Assembly (NCBI RefSeq): GCF_006345805.1
Contig: NC_043001.1
Coordinates: 104,160,001-104,224,000 of the forward strand
Reading direction: 5' to 3'
Length of the DNA stretch: 64,000 nt
Source: Octopus sinensis
Taxonomy: Eukaryota
In this document: in pieces, positions 62,057-64,000 of the stretch
How positions within the stretch are numbered: position 1 is the first letter of the stretch
Layout of the letters: every line of letters begins with the position of its first letter
The notes under the pieces: model-generated
What the model was told of the DNA's origin: nothing
What the model saw: the letters and a program-made list of their open reading frames with translations, nothing else
Database searches by the model: none
Position numbers and translations under genes: made by a program

Positions 62057-62981
62057 ATTCCTCCAGCAGACATTGACATAAACAAGCCGTTCATTGCTGA
62101 TCAGAACTCAAACACTGGTTTATTTAATGGTTATGGTGACCAATTTTGTGTAAAATCAAATCTTCAGCAGACACCAAAGAGTCAGTTCAGAGATGCTGCA
62201 AATTATCCAGAATACAATAGCTTTGCAGATGTTCCTATTTTCAATACGCCACCTCAGTCACCTGAAAATATTAATTGCGATGTCTCCTATGCTCGTAACA
62301 CCTTCTGGAACAACAACAACAACCGGCCTACTGAATCTCCTTGCTTCCAGGAACAAAACCTGCAAAATTTGAATGAAGTAAAACTGGATTTTAATCTCTA
62401 CTGTTTGGTTTTGGAGAAGTTAAAGCAACAGTATCCAGCTCTAAATAAAGCACCCCAAGAATTACAGCTTCTTGCTAAAACTCAAACTCTCGCTCTTCAG
62501 GTTCAGAGATCTCAGATGCATTACTCATTTCCTGATGAACCCAGAGCAATCACTAAAACAGTCGGTGCTCCAAAGGAGATGGAAGCCAATAAATTTTTCC
62601 ATAATCTTTCGACTACTGTTTCCTCCGAAAGAGACCTTGATTATGTCTCACCTGATGACTCCACAACCAATAATTCAGCCACACGGCGCTATTCTGATAC
62701 TCCAGACTTTAGGTGTTTGCTTAACCCACCTTATCGAAAGTTTCAGAATCTGCCATTTTCTCCAAAAGTGGATTATTATTCAAAACCAGTTTTGCCAGAA
62801 ATTTCTTCTAAGATTTCTCAGATGGATTGGGGCTCTGTTGGATTCAGTCCCATAAAATATGAAGTAACAGACTCTGAAAAATGCGACGACCTTGATAATC
62901 TGAATTCTTCAAATGCAATTATGAAAAAAGCAGTGGAAAAAAGTACCTGGAATAGCCCTGTAATGTCCCCTTCAGTTATCG
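62057..62981 (+). CDS. Unidentified protein, coding exon 4; gene continues beyond the window
   Basis: TATTTCAG|ATT CCT CCA ... ATC G|GTAAGT; 925 nt open, in frame with ORF 62369. Confidence 0.9.
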
Positions 62982-63379
62982 GTAAGTTCATTTTTGGGGG
63001 ACAGTTTATGAATATGATTATACTTTGGTCAGAAATTCTTGTTTATTTACTTACAAGCTGGCCGAACCATTGGCACACCAGGGAGAATGCTTGGCATTTT
63101 TCCAGCTTTATGAGTTTAAATTCCACTGAAGTCAACTTTGCCTTTGAATACTGGGGGTCAGTGTAATCAATTTACCCCATTTCCTGAAATTGCTGGCCTT
63201 GTGCCAAAATTTGAAACCTAGTGATGTACCTTTATTTTTTCTCTGCTAATTTCTATTGCAGAAAGCTCCTTTTTTTTAGCAATCACTGTAAAATGTTATG
63301 ATAGAGATCTGGTTGGCCATAGTTGACTGATATCCAGAATTTTCTGAATTACCTTAACTTACCTCTCCAACAGCCTTGC

Positions 63380-63710
63380 ACTGTCATTTACTTGTTTGTC
63401 ACCGGCCATGCTGGGGCACTACCCTGAAGTATTTAAGCTGAACTAGTTGACCCTAGCAATTAATTTTTTTTTTAAGCCTGATAATTATTCTATCAGTGTC
63501 TCTTGCAGAACCACTTAAATTACAGACATAAACACACCAACGCCACTTTTCAAGCAGTGGTGGGAGGCAGACACGAACTGATGAATTGCTTTCAGTTTGT
63601 CTACCAAATCCATTCACAAGGGCTCAAAGATATCATGTAACACACTTGCCCGCAGTGGGATAGAACCTGAAACAGTGTGGTTGGGAAGCTAACTTCTTGC
63701 CACACCTGCA
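63380..63710 (-). mobile_element. Intronic SINE family A, CpG-decayed
   Basis: Tail, mid and head blocks recognisable, with CpG to TpG/CpA changes. Confidence 0.7.
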
Positions 63711-64000
63711 CCATCACATCATTTCATTTATAAGGATTTGAGGGGTTTAGTTCACTAGTGATCAAAGCGAATAGGTATGCTGATTAAGTGCTATAATTGG
63801 TCATCCGTTAGGTTTCATGATCACAGCCCAGGCTGGAGCTAAGCATCTATATTAGGCTTCAGAGTTGGTAGGTATTTCTCCAATATATTATATATATTGT
63901 TTTGTCATTTGACTGCGGCCATGCTGGAGCACTGCCTTTAGTCGAACAAATCAACCCCAGTACTTATTCTATCGGTCTCTTTTGCCGAACTGCTAAGTTA

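Noticed and set aside
60279-62981. Naming the gene CPEB1/Orb or MEIOC
   Set aside because: None of their diagnostic motifs is present in the visible exons, so the symbol is left empty

Overview
Repeat-dominated, microsatellite-rich animal genomic window. The SINE families and TA/CA/TACA tracts look octopus-like, but that is recognition from memory and unverified. Bases 1-56 kb hold no convincing host gene. They are a mosaic of tRNA-headed SINEs, LINE remnants (CR1/L2, RTE, R4/Dong), Tc1/mariner relics and MITEs, Helitron pieces, a decayed Gypsy element and several Penelope-like element (PLE) pieces, including an RT + GIY-YIG copy at 36.6-38.8 kb. A + strand host gene of unrecognised family starts near a GC-rich island at about 56.4 kb; four phase-compatible coding exons lie at 60279-62981 and the gene continues past the window. 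The most notable signal is a set of about ten minimal hammerhead-ribozyme motifs in at least four sequence families, all with a palindromic stem III. They sit in PLE tails, in fold-back mini-elements, and in a tRNA-headed SINE that carries a PLE-type hammerhead tail (a candidate PLE-mobilised, self-cleaving SINE). Structures were folded by eye; activity is untested.
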